Below, piece after piece: positions 1-9,048 of a DNA stretch of 64,000 nt. The DNA is from a virus. Made by a program: the position numbers and the translations under genes. The stretch is from IMG/VR virus record IMGVR_UViG_3300026521_000466, positions 64,001-128,000 of that record, one strand, 5' to 3'. The first letter of the stretch is position 1. Each line of letters opens with the position of its first letter. The notes beneath the pieces were generated by a model that saw nothing but the letters and a program-made list of their open reading frames with translations, searched no databases and was not told the origin of the DNA.

Positions 1-180
1 AAAGCATTGCAAGATATGGTAGAGGTGGAGAAGGACACTGTAAGTAAGAAAGCTCTGGTGCATATGATAGAAGAGATAGAGCTGGCAGCTAACATGGCTA
101 CTCTACTAGGCAAATATGCTTTGGCTGCTTATGAGACTGTCAATATTATGAAGAGTGTGAATACAATGATAACAAAATAG
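1..180 (+). CDS. 3' end of a gene truncated by the window edge; probable virion protein
   Basis: Frame 1 is open from base 1 to TAG at 178-180 (KALQDMVEVEKDTVSKKALVHM...NTMITK*). It converges on the next gene across a palindrome. Confidence 0.6.
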   Translation, partial: KALQDMVEVEKDTVSKKALVHMIEEIELAANMATLLGKYALAAYETVNIMKSVNTMITK

Positions 181-183
181 TAG

Positions 184-203
184 GTAGTCTCATATGAGAC
201 TAC
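184..203. terminator. Perfect 20-nt palindrome between convergent genes
   Basis: GTAGTCTCAT/ATGAGACTAC, overlapping the stop codon of the minus-strand gene. Confidence 0.6.
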
Positions 204-1405
204 TTTACTATTAAGTTATTATGCGGCGCATACGATATATGGTTTCTACCCTCATGAGAAAGTATTGTATAGTAACGAATCATCTTCTCTGTTTCGTATA
301 TATACATATAGAGTTTAGCCCCCTTCAATAGCATACCAAGCCTGTTCCTATTAAATGTATCGACATTGGTCTTTATCGGCACTTTATATTTTCCATACGG
401 TATTTTTACAAGGAAATCGCCTTTCTCCTTTAGAGCACCATCAACTACAAAATGCTCAGTTATATCTATCCACTTATCTTTCTCTTCCATTATTTTATTT
501 CTGATAGAGGTCACCTCATCTTTTATTTTATATAAGAGTGCGGGCGGTGTATAGAGGAAAGCCACAGTAGTGGAATCCATAACACTGTACTGCATCATGT
601 TATAGAATCCCTCTATCTTTAACTTTGGATAGGATCTTAATGCACGTATCACTCTAGGTGAGTATATGGTAGATGCCTTGAACAGTACGGGTATACCCAT
701 TCTGTTATGTGGTTTCACATATTTATAGAGTTCATTTACTCTCTCCATAGGAGTCCCTTTATCCAATAGGGTATAGTTTATCTCAGTGATCACTCTACCT
801 ATCTCATTCGGTTTAATGTACTCTTTTTCATCTATCCCATTACTTACACATAGAAACTCCTCTTCTGAATCATCTGTTTCAGGGTAATAGACTATTGTAT
901 TGCCTGTTACATATCTTGGCCTATCTGTCTTTATCCTCCAAAAGTTTTTATCTTCATCTATGTGCATGATATTAAGCGTATCATCATCTACCAGTTTTGC
1001 GTAGGTCTTTAACTCTTCAATGTACTCTTCCATAAATCTCATAGGGCACGGCTCTGTTATACTTGCCAAACCTTTTATTTTATCAGGATCTTTAAACTGC
1101 TCGTCGCTGTATGAGTTTATTCCCTGCCCATGCTTTATGTAGTTGAAGAGCTTGATTGCATTGGCTAAAATAAATAGTTTCTTAATTTCTACTCCATTAA
1201 ATATCTCCTCTATATGTTCCGGTGTATTCATATAGATGCCAAAAAAGTAATATTCTGGTATAGTAGGGTTTATGGGCTTAACATTGTATCCATTCATAGT
1301 AGCGAAGGATTTCTTAGGGCCTGTCTCATTTAGTTTCTTTTCGATGCCTGTTTTATATCCATACACCAATAGTTTATTATCAACAGCATCTATATACATT
1401 ATCAT
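200..1405 (-). CDS. Divergent RNase H-like protein (phiKZ gp155-like family)
   Basis: Likely start is ATG 1405 after AAAGGA. Candidate catalytic acidic residues in YIDA, NGVEI and YSDE. C-terminal TPPALL...DIT...NVDTFNRNRL...RYYTIL...HNNL resembles the C-terminal domain of chimallivirus RNase H proteins. Confidence 0.6.
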   Translation of the reverse strand: MIMYIDAVDNKLLVYGYKTGIEKKLNETGPKKSFATMNGYNVKPINPTIPEYYFFGIYMNTPEHIEEIFNGVEIKKLFILANAIKLFNYIKHGQGINSYSDEQFKDPDKIKGLASITEPCPMRFMEEYIEELKTYAKLVDDDTLNIMHIDEDKNFWRIKTDRPRYVTGNTIVYYPETDDSEEEFLCVSNGIDEKEYIKPNEIGRVITEINYTLLDKGTPMERVNELYKYVKPHNRMGIPVLFKASTIYSPRVIRALRSYPKLKIEGFYNMMQYSVMDSTTVAFLYTPPALLYKIKDEVTSIRNKIMEEKDKWIDITEHFVVDGALKEKGDFLVKIPYGKYKVPIKTNVDTFNRNRLGMLLKGAKLYMYIYETEKMIRYYTILSHEGRNHISYAPHNNLIVK

Positions 1406-1484
1406 AGTACATCCTTTTAGTTTTATTCTTTTCACTAAATGACCAGATAATGATTTTTACATCGTTTTTAATGATTAAAATAGA

Positions 1485-2096
1485 ATGGAGACCACCATGA
1501 TAATAGATAATATAAAAAGAGTATATATTTTTAACCCACCATTTGATGTTCACAATAAGAAAGAGAATATACTGCTTGTCTCTAAAAAAGATATTCAGGA
1601 GTTAATATCCTCAAAATTGGATATATTCACACTAATATATAAGCCTGTAGGTTTAACCAACAGTGATATGCTTTCTGATATGAACAGTAATGTGAAGATA
1701 TTAACCTTTAGAACAGACAGCGGAGATTATATTGACATTCCTGAAAAATATGTACTTATTGATGAGAGCACATTTACTGGCGTAGAGTATCAAAGTAACA
1801 TTATGGCATTCAAACTACCTGCATTGCCGTCAAATGAAGATTTGGATACCTTAAGAGCAGAACTTGAAGAGTATGTTAATAACCGTTTGGGGATTGAGTG
1901 TAGTTCCACAATTATGGAAACATCTGCAAAGACAGTGATCTCCAGAGATCAACATGAGTTAAACATGATTGATAGAAACCAAAAAAAAGAAGATGTGGGT
2001 CTATATAACAAATATATCACATGTATGGCAGAAAATTCTAAACTGAAAACATTTATCGATAAACTATTAAATTACTACAAAAATAATTGTAACTGA
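1485..2096 (+). CDS. Conserved phiKZ-like virion structural protein (gp157-like)
   Basis: Motifs PPF...IYKPVGL...DIPEKYV...GVEY...LPALP...QHE; lies divergent from the RNase H-like gene, as I recall for phiKZ relatives. Confidence 0.6.
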   Translation: METTMIIDNIKRVYIFNPPFDVHNKKENILLVSKKDIQELISSKLDIFTLIYKPVGLTNSDMLSDMNSNVKILTFRTDSGDYIDIPEKYVLIDESTFTGVEYQSNIMAFKLPALPSNEDLDTLRAELEEYVNNRLGIECSSTIMETSAKTVISRDQHELNMIDRNQKKEDVGLYNKYITCMAENSKLKTFIDKLLNYYKNNCN

Positions 2097-2105
2097 CGTA
2101 GAGGA

Positions 2106-3185
2106 TTATTCCTCTACGTGCAGTATTCTTAATCTGTTGTTGTCAACGACATATGTTTTGTCATTGACTTTTAGATAGTTTATTCCGCCCGCCTCTTTGC
2201 TTATATCGTGTAGGTATGATGTGGATGGGATGTCTACCCAGTCGAGAGTGTCAAATGACGTAGTCTCCTCTACCATATACTCGATATTGGATAGGAGCAG
2301 TTTCTTCTCCAATAGCACAGAGAGCTTATCACCTGCTTTATATCCTTTATCCTCGAACATCTCCTTGAAAAGAACCTCTATCTTGTTCACCGCTTCTTTA
2401 TCGGTTTCTTCCAACTCCATATTTTTCAAGGATTGGAAATCCGTAATGAAATTTGTAAAGTTGGTAAAAGTGATATTTACCAAATAAGAATTTGCCAAAT
2501 GGTATAAGAACTTGTTGAACTCATCAGGCAGCTCTTTTGGAGCTATGTTTGATTTGTTCAACAAGGCGTTTATTACCGTGGGCGCGATATCCTCTTTCAG
2601 AATATACTTTTCTTCTGCTTGGAAGAAGACCAACTTCTCCATCTCCCCGCCTGCTAGTTTGACAGACCATGGATGTATAACCTTATTGAGGTTGATGCTT
2701 TCCGGCACGCTCACCTCTTTGGCGAATTTGTATGGATGGTATATTTTATGTGCATCTTCCTGCACCGGTTCTTTCCCCGGCGTTTTTGACTGGACTGTCT
2801 CATTCTGTACATCGTCAAATAGACCGCTGCTGTTACAAATTGTCGATGGAGAAGTGAACATATCATCCCCTTCCAATCCTGTTTTTGATTCATCGAACAG
2901 AGAGTCGTTATCCCAGAGCCCGCCGCCGCTAGTATCCCAAAGACCGCCTCCTTGACCGCCCCATCCACTATCTGACGAACCCCAACTGCCCGATGAGTCC
3001 CATCCACTATCAGACCCATCCCATCCGCCTGAGCCTCCCCAGCTGCTTGAACGACTCTTTATTCTCTTTACCAGTTTTGGTTCTCTATAGAGTTTTTTCT
3101 CTCCAAACTCATTGGTGATACCTATTAAGTAAATACCGTCTCCCCTACGTGTGTAGAGTTTATTGCCTCTCCTGATTACTTTCAT
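2106..3185 (-). CDS. Early hypothetical protein with a Gly/Ser/Trp low-complexity repeat region
   Basis: 359-aa ORF with AAAGGA RBS and an early promoter motif upstream; contains SSSWGGSGGWDGSDSGWDSSGSWG...GGLWD. Confidence 0.75.
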   Translation of the reverse strand: MKVIRRGNKLYTRRGDGIYLIGITNEFGEKKLYREPKLVKRIKSRSSSWGGSGGWDGSDSGWDSSGSWGSSDSGWGGQGGGLWDTSGGGLWDNDSLFDESKTGLEGDDMFTSPSTICNSSGLFDDVQNETVQSKTPGKEPVQEDAHKIYHPYKFAKEVSVPESINLNKVIHPWSVKLAGGEMEKLVFFQAEEKYILKEDIAPTVINALLNKSNIAPKELPDEFNKFLYHLANSYLVNITFTNFTNFITDFQSLKNMELEETDKEAVNKIEVLFKEMFEDKGYKAGDKLSVLLEKKLLLSNIEYMVEETTSFDTLDWVDIPSTSYLHDISKEAGGINYLKVNDKTYVVDNNRLRILHVEE

Positions 3186-3236
3186 ATCTATCCTTTATTT
3201 TTTGTGTTAGTGGATTTAGCTACTATCCACTACATA

Positions 3237-3247
3237 TAAATAATATA
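3237..3247 (-). promoter_or_regulatory. Early promoter motif (TATATTATTTA variant)
   Basis: 23 nt (3228-3250) are identical to 23162-23184. Confidence 0.65.
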
Positions 3248-3260
3248 CATATAAAAAACC

Positions 3261-3282
3261 GTCATAGGCATGTGCCTATGAC
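3261..3282 (-). terminator. Intrinsic terminator hairpin
   Basis: GTCATAGGCA-tg-TGCCTATGAC followed on the minus strand by a T-tract. Confidence 0.65.
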
Positions 3283-3364
3283 AGGGTTCTAAACAGTGTG
3301 TCGATAGCTAACCAAAACATTATAACGGTTGCATAAGTTTTAACTCTTGCTTGTATTAACATTT

Positions 3365-3706
3365 TTACTTATCCTTTCCTTTCAAGTATGTTAATCCTAT
3401 CATCTCTTCTATACGCTTACGAATAATATCAGGCATAATAATCAATATGATCTGTACCAACTCTGCACCCATCAGTGTAGAGATTCCGTAAATCAGTGAC
3501 TCCAACCCACTTCCCTTTTTGATATTGAAGTACTCAAATATGAATGGGTCGATATACATGATTGTAAATGTACCACTTAGTACTATGGTCATGATGATCC
3601 TGACATTTGCAGTGTTCAGGAATAACGCTTGTAGGAATGCTGTCATAATAACAGTAAATCCGTTTTGTAAATCTTTAAGAATATTGAATGTGTTGTTCAA
3701 ATCCAT
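3365..3706 (-). CDS. Small membrane protein, holin-like
   Basis: 113 aa with 2-3 hydrophobic segments and a basic C-terminus (RKR...KGKDK). Confidence 0.45.
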   Translation of the reverse strand: MDLNNTFNILKDLQNGFTVIMTAFLQALFLNTANVRIIMTIVLSGTFTIMYIDPFIFEYFNIKKGSGLESLIYGISTLMGAELVQIILIIMPDIIRKRIEEMIGLTYLKGKDK

Positions 3707-4269
3707 TATTTGCCTTTCTCTATTTTTAACTCTGTGGTATAAGTAACTTTATATTTGTTAACATTGTCTTCATTGTCTGTCTCTATGATAAACACTATTG
3801 ACCCTGGTTCCATCATAATGATAGGTGCATCGCACACATAGCTTTTGTTATTGACGATTGATATATCTGTGGCAACTGAAAGTATGGTACAACTTCCTCT
3901 GTACTCATATGTTAATTTCTTAACATTTATTGCGGGCACATTTATAAATAGGAGTACACTATGACTGCTTTTATCAACGTTTACAGAGAGGTAGTATTTT
4001 TCAAATCCTTTTGAATCTTTTAATAACTCTTTTGTGTATTTGTTAAATATAGGTTTTACGGAGTAGTAATCCTCTATAAGCGGCACAACAGCATCTCTGT
4101 TTACTATATTCTTTTTTACTATCTTATCATCAATTCCTATTTTTATTTCCCATGTACTTTTTGATTTCTGTCCATGGTTTACATTATAGTGTCTTCCATC
4201 GTCTGTTAATGTAGCTGAGACAGGAGCAATGTCCTCTTCTCTGTAATCTACTAACCTTAATAATCTCAT
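3706..4269 (-). CDS. Hypothetical protein
   Basis: 187-aa ORF with AAAGG RBS; stop overlaps the next start. Confidence 0.7.
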   Translation of the reverse strand: MRLLRLVDYREEDIAPVSATLTDDGRHYNVNHGQKSKSTWEIKIGIDDKIVKKNIVNRDAVVPLIEDYYSVKPIFNKYTKELLKDSKGFEKYYLSVNVDKSSHSVLLFINVPAINVKKLTYEYRGSCTILSVATDISIVNNKSYVCDAPIIMMEPGSIVFIIETDNEDNVNKYKVTYTTELKIEKGK

Positions 4270-4412
4270 AACATTTGCCTTTTTATATAAAATAAGTCAT
4301 TAAATATAAGTATAGCTTAACAACATATTAAGCCTATACTATAAATATTAATTTCATTGATGTTTAAGCTTAGCATAATTAGCTTTACACACTAGATTAA
4401 AAAAGGATAACG

Positions 4413-5624
4413 ATGTTAAAGGATTTTTTTGAAAAACTGAAAAGTGGAGAACTTATTGTTGTAAACCCACAAAATATTGATCGTAAATGTAGGCCGTCCA
4501 GCGCGATGCTTGATATGTGTATTGATGAAATGGCGGACTCTTTAGTGGAACATAATGAGTTCTCACCTGTTGAAGGAACTTATGTTGTTGACAACGGGTA
4601 TCGTCTTGGAAGATATACAGATGACTCTATATGCCAAAGACCATTCCGCCTTGACAAAGATGGGGATTATATTGTATCTGCCGATCATGACCGCCATGCT
4701 ATATTCTACTACGATAAAGAGTTTAACTTACAGAAAAAATATTATCTTGGCGATGTCAGTGATAACAGATATCCAAAATGTGTTGCTATTTCAGAAACTA
4801 AACTTTTTGTAGGTACTGACTATAACAGAATCATTTGTATTGATAAAGTTACCGGTGACGTGGATTGGGCATTTGGTACCTATGGGCATAGAGGAAAATG
4901 TTCAGAGGGGTATATCGGTGAAGTTATGCAGATACAACTACTATCTACAGGCAATCTCCTTGTAGCCACATATGAAGGAGCCGGTGATTTAAATAAATAC
5001 TATGGTACACTGGAAGAGTTTGCGCCTGACGGAACGTGGGTAAAAACACATCTTCAGTATAACAGATCAGGCCAGGGTGTAGATGGTGAAACAAGATACC
5101 CTCAATCACTACGTATTTATGACGATATTGTTTATGTTGGTAAAAGTAACGAAATTGATGTGTTCAGTTATGCTGATGGTGAACTTACATATGCGCAAAC
5201 TATTAGAAAGCCGTCTAACAGTGGCGTTGATGATCTTTCACTAAGAGATTTTGTTATTGAGGATGGTATTCTCTATATCACTTCTCCTGGATTGAAAAAG
5301 GTAGTTGGATTTGATCTGAATACCCATACACTGACATTTAGTGCTGGTATATATTCATATGAAGCTTCAGGTGGAATTAAACATACTGGAAATGGTATGA
5401 ATTACCCGGACGGAATTGTTATTGTTGATGGTCATATCTATATTGCAGATACATCGAACTATAATATTACTGAGGTATTTAAAGATAACTTCATCTATCC
5501 TGAGTATGATATTCCAGAAAATATCAGCGAGGTAATTTATAGCTCTCTTGAAATGGATGGTAGAAAAGGAATTGTCCCTGTTGGTGAAGAGCCACCAAAA
5601 CTTACCATGTTCTACAGATCTTAA
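4413..5624 (+). CDS. Beta-propeller (NHL-repeat-like) protein
   Basis: Repeated blades: YPKCVAI..KLFVGTD, YPQSLRI..IVYVG, YPDGIVIVDGHIYIADTSNYNI; AAAGGA RBS. Confidence 0.7.
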   Translation: MLKDFFEKLKSGELIVVNPQNIDRKCRPSSAMLDMCIDEMADSLVEHNEFSPVEGTYVVDNGYRLGRYTDDSICQRPFRLDKDGDYIVSADHDRHAIFYYDKEFNLQKKYYLGDVSDNRYPKCVAISETKLFVGTDYNRIICIDKVTGDVDWAFGTYGHRGKCSEGYIGEVMQIQLLSTGNLLVATYEGAGDLNKYYGTLEEFAPDGTWVKTHLQYNRSGQGVDGETRYPQSLRIYDDIVYVGKSNEIDVFSYADGELTYAQTIRKPSNSGVDDLSLRDFVIEDGILYITSPGLKKVVGFDLNTHTLTFSAGIYSYEASGGIKHTGNGMNYPDGIVIVDGHIYIADTSNYNITEVFKDNFIYPEYDIPENISEVIYSSLEMDGRKGIVPVGEEPPKLTMFYRS

Positions 5625-5658
5625 ACTGCGTGTGTGCGGATGTCCGCACACACGCAGT
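5625..5658. repeat. 16-bp perfect inverted repeat with a 2-nt spacer
   Basis: ACTGCGTGTGTGCGGA-tg-TCCGCACACACGCAGT directly after the propeller gene stop codon. Confidence 0.85.
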
Positions 5659-5750
5659 CCTCTTCGCATATTTTGTGAATATACTATTATAAAGGGTTTA
5701 TTTCAAAAAACTCAAATATGTGTATGGAAACATAACAACAAAGGAAAAAT

Positions 5751-8120
5751 ATGAGCTTAGATATACTTAGACGTGTGGATTATGCTTCTGGGCCAGAGGG
5801 TATTGTAAATGCTGAACTGGTGAACATTATGGCATTTAACATTGCCAACGCTGTAGATTACGAGGGCTTTGACGATATCGGTGAAGAGTTGCAACTCCGT
5901 ACTGTGTTTGAACACCTGATTAATTTTAACCATTTTACAGTGGGAGGAACAGCAAATGACGTGGAGATCACCAACCTTGCAGCGGTATCAACCTATGTTG
6001 ATGGCATGTATATAAAGTTCACCGCAAAGCACACGAATACCGGCAGCATGACGTTGAAGGTAAACAGCGGTAATGCTTTAGCTATGAAAATGATGGGTGG
6101 TGACGAAGTACCTGCTGGGTTTATTCGTGCCGGTGAAGATGTAATTGCTATTTTCAATGGAACAGACTTTACTGTCCTTTCCATTAGTGACAGAAAAATT
6201 ATTGGTAATCTTAATAATCAAGTTGAGATACTGCCTACTGGCGTACAATGGATTAAGTCAGGCGCTGGTAAATATAACGCTATAGTGTCAGATGATGGTA
6301 GCGATATGTCTATTGGTTATAAAGGAGATGAAGATGAAGCATTTACTAAGCTGTTATCATTTCAATCAGATGGTGAAGTGCTACTGCATAAAGCAGGTAC
6401 AACAGGCGCTAGCCTAATTAACAAATTTCAACTTGATGGATCTATTAGCGCCATTTATGATACAATGAACACATATCAAGGTATCTTATACCCTGAAGTA
6501 TATGATGGTCCGTCATTAATATCAGCCACTGACGTTAATTCTTTTGTGGCTGCCGCGAATAGTCTGAACTATAAAAGATTAGAATATGATGTAACTATTG
6601 AGTTGGCCGAAGGCACATATGCATTAAATAATGATGGTGGATATGGTGTGAAATTCACCCATATAAATGATAATGGAGACACAAATCAAAAATTTAATAG
6701 ACTAACTATTAAAGCAGCTGATAATGCAGAGGTGATAATAGAAGGAACATGCCGAGATTGTGGAGATGGCTTGAATGAGGATACTGTATTTGGTATTTCT
6801 GCGTCTAATAATATAGCGATTAAAGATATTAAATTTTCAAATGCAACACGTTGGTTAATGAATATAATTATGTCCACAGATATTAGGATGTCTAATATAA
6901 GTACTGTCGAAGATGATAATTGGTGTAATACATGGCTGTATATAAGTGGTCATTCAACTGTATACATGTCACACTGTACTATACATAATGCTTATCAGGG
7001 GATACAAGGCATGCGTTCCACTATTACATATGATCACATATCATTTACAGCGGATGATGAGGACCACGGCGAACCAGCGATCGGAATGGCAGCCTCTTTT
7101 TGGGGATGTGATTTAATAGATTATGGCTATGGGTTCATGAATATGAATAATTACGAAGTAGGAATCTCAGTAAGTAAATGCACCGGAACAATACATGTTG
7201 CTTTTGATAGTGTTGTAGATAGACCTTTAAAGATAACTGACTCAAGTATTAAGTCAGTTCAAGTTAACGGCGGGTCCTGTAACAACACCGCAGTAGAGAT
7301 TCAAAATTCAACAATTGATATACTTAATGTTGCAGATATTGATAATTCAGTTTATGCGGTATATATAAAAGATTCAGAAATCGGCAGTGGTTACATATCA
7401 GACCTTTACCGTAATTTATATCCTGTATATATTGAAAACAGCCTACTAAAAAATTTCCAAGACATCACCGTTGCAGGAGACACAGAAGATGATCGTGGAA
7501 TTCGGGCCATTAACTCGACTATACATGTTGACGATATAATTGCAAACAATGTAAAATGGGGATGTCAATTTGAACGATGTGAATTATTTATCAATGGTGA
7601 TATTACTTTAACAGGTAGGGATGATACAAGAGGAGACGACGATTCGTTTGGGATTATTTTGAATAAGTCTTCCCTCATTAGATATTTAGGAATTACAAAT
7701 ATCAATATCGATAAATTTCACTATGGCGTTAGATGTTATAATAATGCATTATTTAATAACTCCAATTTAACAATTAATGATGTATCGGTAGGGTTATATG
7801 CCATCTATAGTTCCAAGATATATGCTAATTATGCAACTATTCAGAATTGTAGCTCGGTAGCGGTATATGCAAGTGATTTGTCTATATGTAAAATTAATTA
7901 TTCTGATATAACTATGGTAAATGATGAAGGTGTTATTTTTAAGGCAGAAAGAAAGGCAAGTATAGATGGTTGGGATGCTACTATAAATAATCCAAATACA
8001 GATATGCTTATTTATTCTAGTAAAGGAGCGTATATAGACATGCACGGAAATGCAGATGACTATACATTGAATATTGAGCCAAACACTGTTACTATTGACG
8101 GAACAATACGAATATCATAA
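5751..8120 (+). CDS. Tail fibre/tailspike with right-handed parallel beta-helix (pectin-lyase-like)
   Basis: N-terminal fibre domain (GGTAN...Y.DGM.I.F.A..TNTG..TL.VN), then VTIELAEGTY and many I/N/S-rich beta-helix coils. Confidence 0.75.
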   Translation: MSLDILRRVDYASGPEGIVNAELVNIMAFNIANAVDYEGFDDIGEELQLRTVFEHLINFNHFTVGGTANDVEITNLAAVSTYVDGMYIKFTAKHTNTGSMTLKVNSGNALAMKMMGGDEVPAGFIRAGEDVIAIFNGTDFTVLSISDRKIIGNLNNQVEILPTGVQWIKSGAGKYNAIVSDDGSDMSIGYKGDEDEAFTKLLSFQSDGEVLLHKAGTTGASLINKFQLDGSISAIYDTMNTYQGILYPEVYDGPSLISATDVNSFVAAANSLNYKRLEYDVTIELAEGTYALNNDGGYGVKFTHINDNGDTNQKFNRLTIKAADNAEVIIEGTCRDCGDGLNEDTVFGISASNNIAIKDIKFSNATRWLMNIIMSTDIRMSNISTVEDDNWCNTWLYISGHSTVYMSHCTIHNAYQGIQGMRSTITYDHISFTADDEDHGEPAIGMAASFWGCDLIDYGYGFMNMNNYEVGISVSKCTGTIHVAFDSVVDRPLKITDSSIKSVQVNGGSCNNTAVEIQNSTIDILNVADIDNSVYAVYIKDSEIGSGYISDLYRNLYPVYIENSLLKNFQDITVAGDTEDDRGIRAINSTIHVDDIIANNVKWGCQFERCELFINGDITLTGRDDTRGDDDSFGIILNKSSLIRYLGITNINIDKFHYGVRCYNNALFNNSNLTINDVSVGLYAIYSSKIYANYATIQNCSSVAVYASDLSICKINYSDITMVNDEGVIFKAERKASIDGWDATINNPNTDMLIYSSKGAYIDMHGNADDYTLNIEPNTVTIDGTIRIS

Positions 8121-8138
8121 GAAACTAAAGGACCACAA

Positions 8139-8609
8139 ATGACTAGATTTGAAGAACAAGCAATAAAAAGAGCAGAACATATGCTTAGGATAATGAAAAA
8201 AGAAGATCCGAACACTCCATACACACTTGAAGATTTTATAATAAAAAAACCAAAGGCGCTAGAGCAAGCGCCTTCTCTTCAAATAGAAAGTATTGAAGAG
8301 AAGCCCGGTTTTACAGAAGACTTTTTTATAGGACAAATTGAAAGATTTATCCAAAATGAAGTGAAGAGATTAAACAAAGCAAAGAAGATCAAACTTCAGA
8401 ATAAAATATCATGTAAACTCTATGGTGAAACAGAGGGATATATTTATCAGCAAGAGTGTATTGATATCTGGAACTGGTCCGTAAAAGATGTTTATGAGCC
8501 TATGAGAGTCTGGAAAGATACACTCACAGAGATTCCCACATTGGAAGAGTTTGAAGCAGAACTTAACAAACATAAGTATACAGTAGTATACCCTGAAGAG
8601 GAGGAGTAA
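8139..8609 (+). CDS. Putative tail fibre assembly chaperone
   Basis: Directly follows the tailspike; ends W...IPTLEEFEAEL, as is typical of fibre chaperones. Confidence 0.5.
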   Translation: MTRFEEQAIKRAEHMLRIMKKEDPNTPYTLEDFIIKKPKALEQAPSLQIESIEEKPGFTEDFFIGQIERFIQNEVKRLNKAKKIKLQNKISCKLYGETEGYIYQQECIDIWNWSVKDVYEPMRVWKDTLTEIPTLEEFEAELNKHKYTVVYPEEEE

Positions 8610-8612
8610 TTT

Positions 8613-9032
8613 ATGTTTGAAGTGTTATTCCTTATATTTTCAAATGCGGTAATATTTACTATTATCGTGTTCTCATTCATGATAATAGTTCCTATCAATA
8701 TGTTGAGACATATCGTGCTCTCTTTTGATATAAGTGAGTATCTCTATACACTCCTTAAAGGATTGGACCAACTGGGGGGTAGTATCATATATGGTACGGA
8801 GGATTATACTATTTCATCATGGACGTACTACCTCTATAAAAAGAAAGGAAATATCTATGCAAAATACTTTATGGCCTTAATAGACGGCTTAGCAATGGGT
8901 ATGTCATATATACTGTATAAACTAGGTACTCTTAGTGAAGAGGATTATCTTTGGAACAAGAACCATTGCCAAAACAGTTTTATCGACGAAACAAAAACGC
9001 TATACGAAAAAGGAAAGAGTCACATGGAGTAG
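8613..9032 (+). CDS. Small phage membrane protein
   Basis: Hydrophobic N-terminus; LDQLGG...G.EDYTISS...HC resembles a common phage family (DQ..N...G..DETISS). Confidence 0.55.
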   Translation: MFEVLFLIFSNAVIFTIIVFSFMIIVPINMLRHIVLSFDISEYLYTLLKGLDQLGGSIIYGTEDYTISSWTYYLYKKKGNIYAKYFMALIDGLAMGMSYILYKLGTLSEEDYLWNKNHCQNSFIDETKTLYEKGKSHME

Positions 9033-9048
9033 CGATCGCTACTCCATG
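9023..9048. terminator. Perfect 26-nt palindrome at a convergent gene junction
   Basis: CATGGAGTAGCGA/TCGCTACTCCATG, covering both TAG stop codons. Confidence 0.65.

Noticed and set aside
200-1405. Calling the RNase H-like protein catalytically dead
   Set aside because: Gly-rich motifs are eroded, but candidate D/E/D residues remain; this cannot be decided without a structural alignment.
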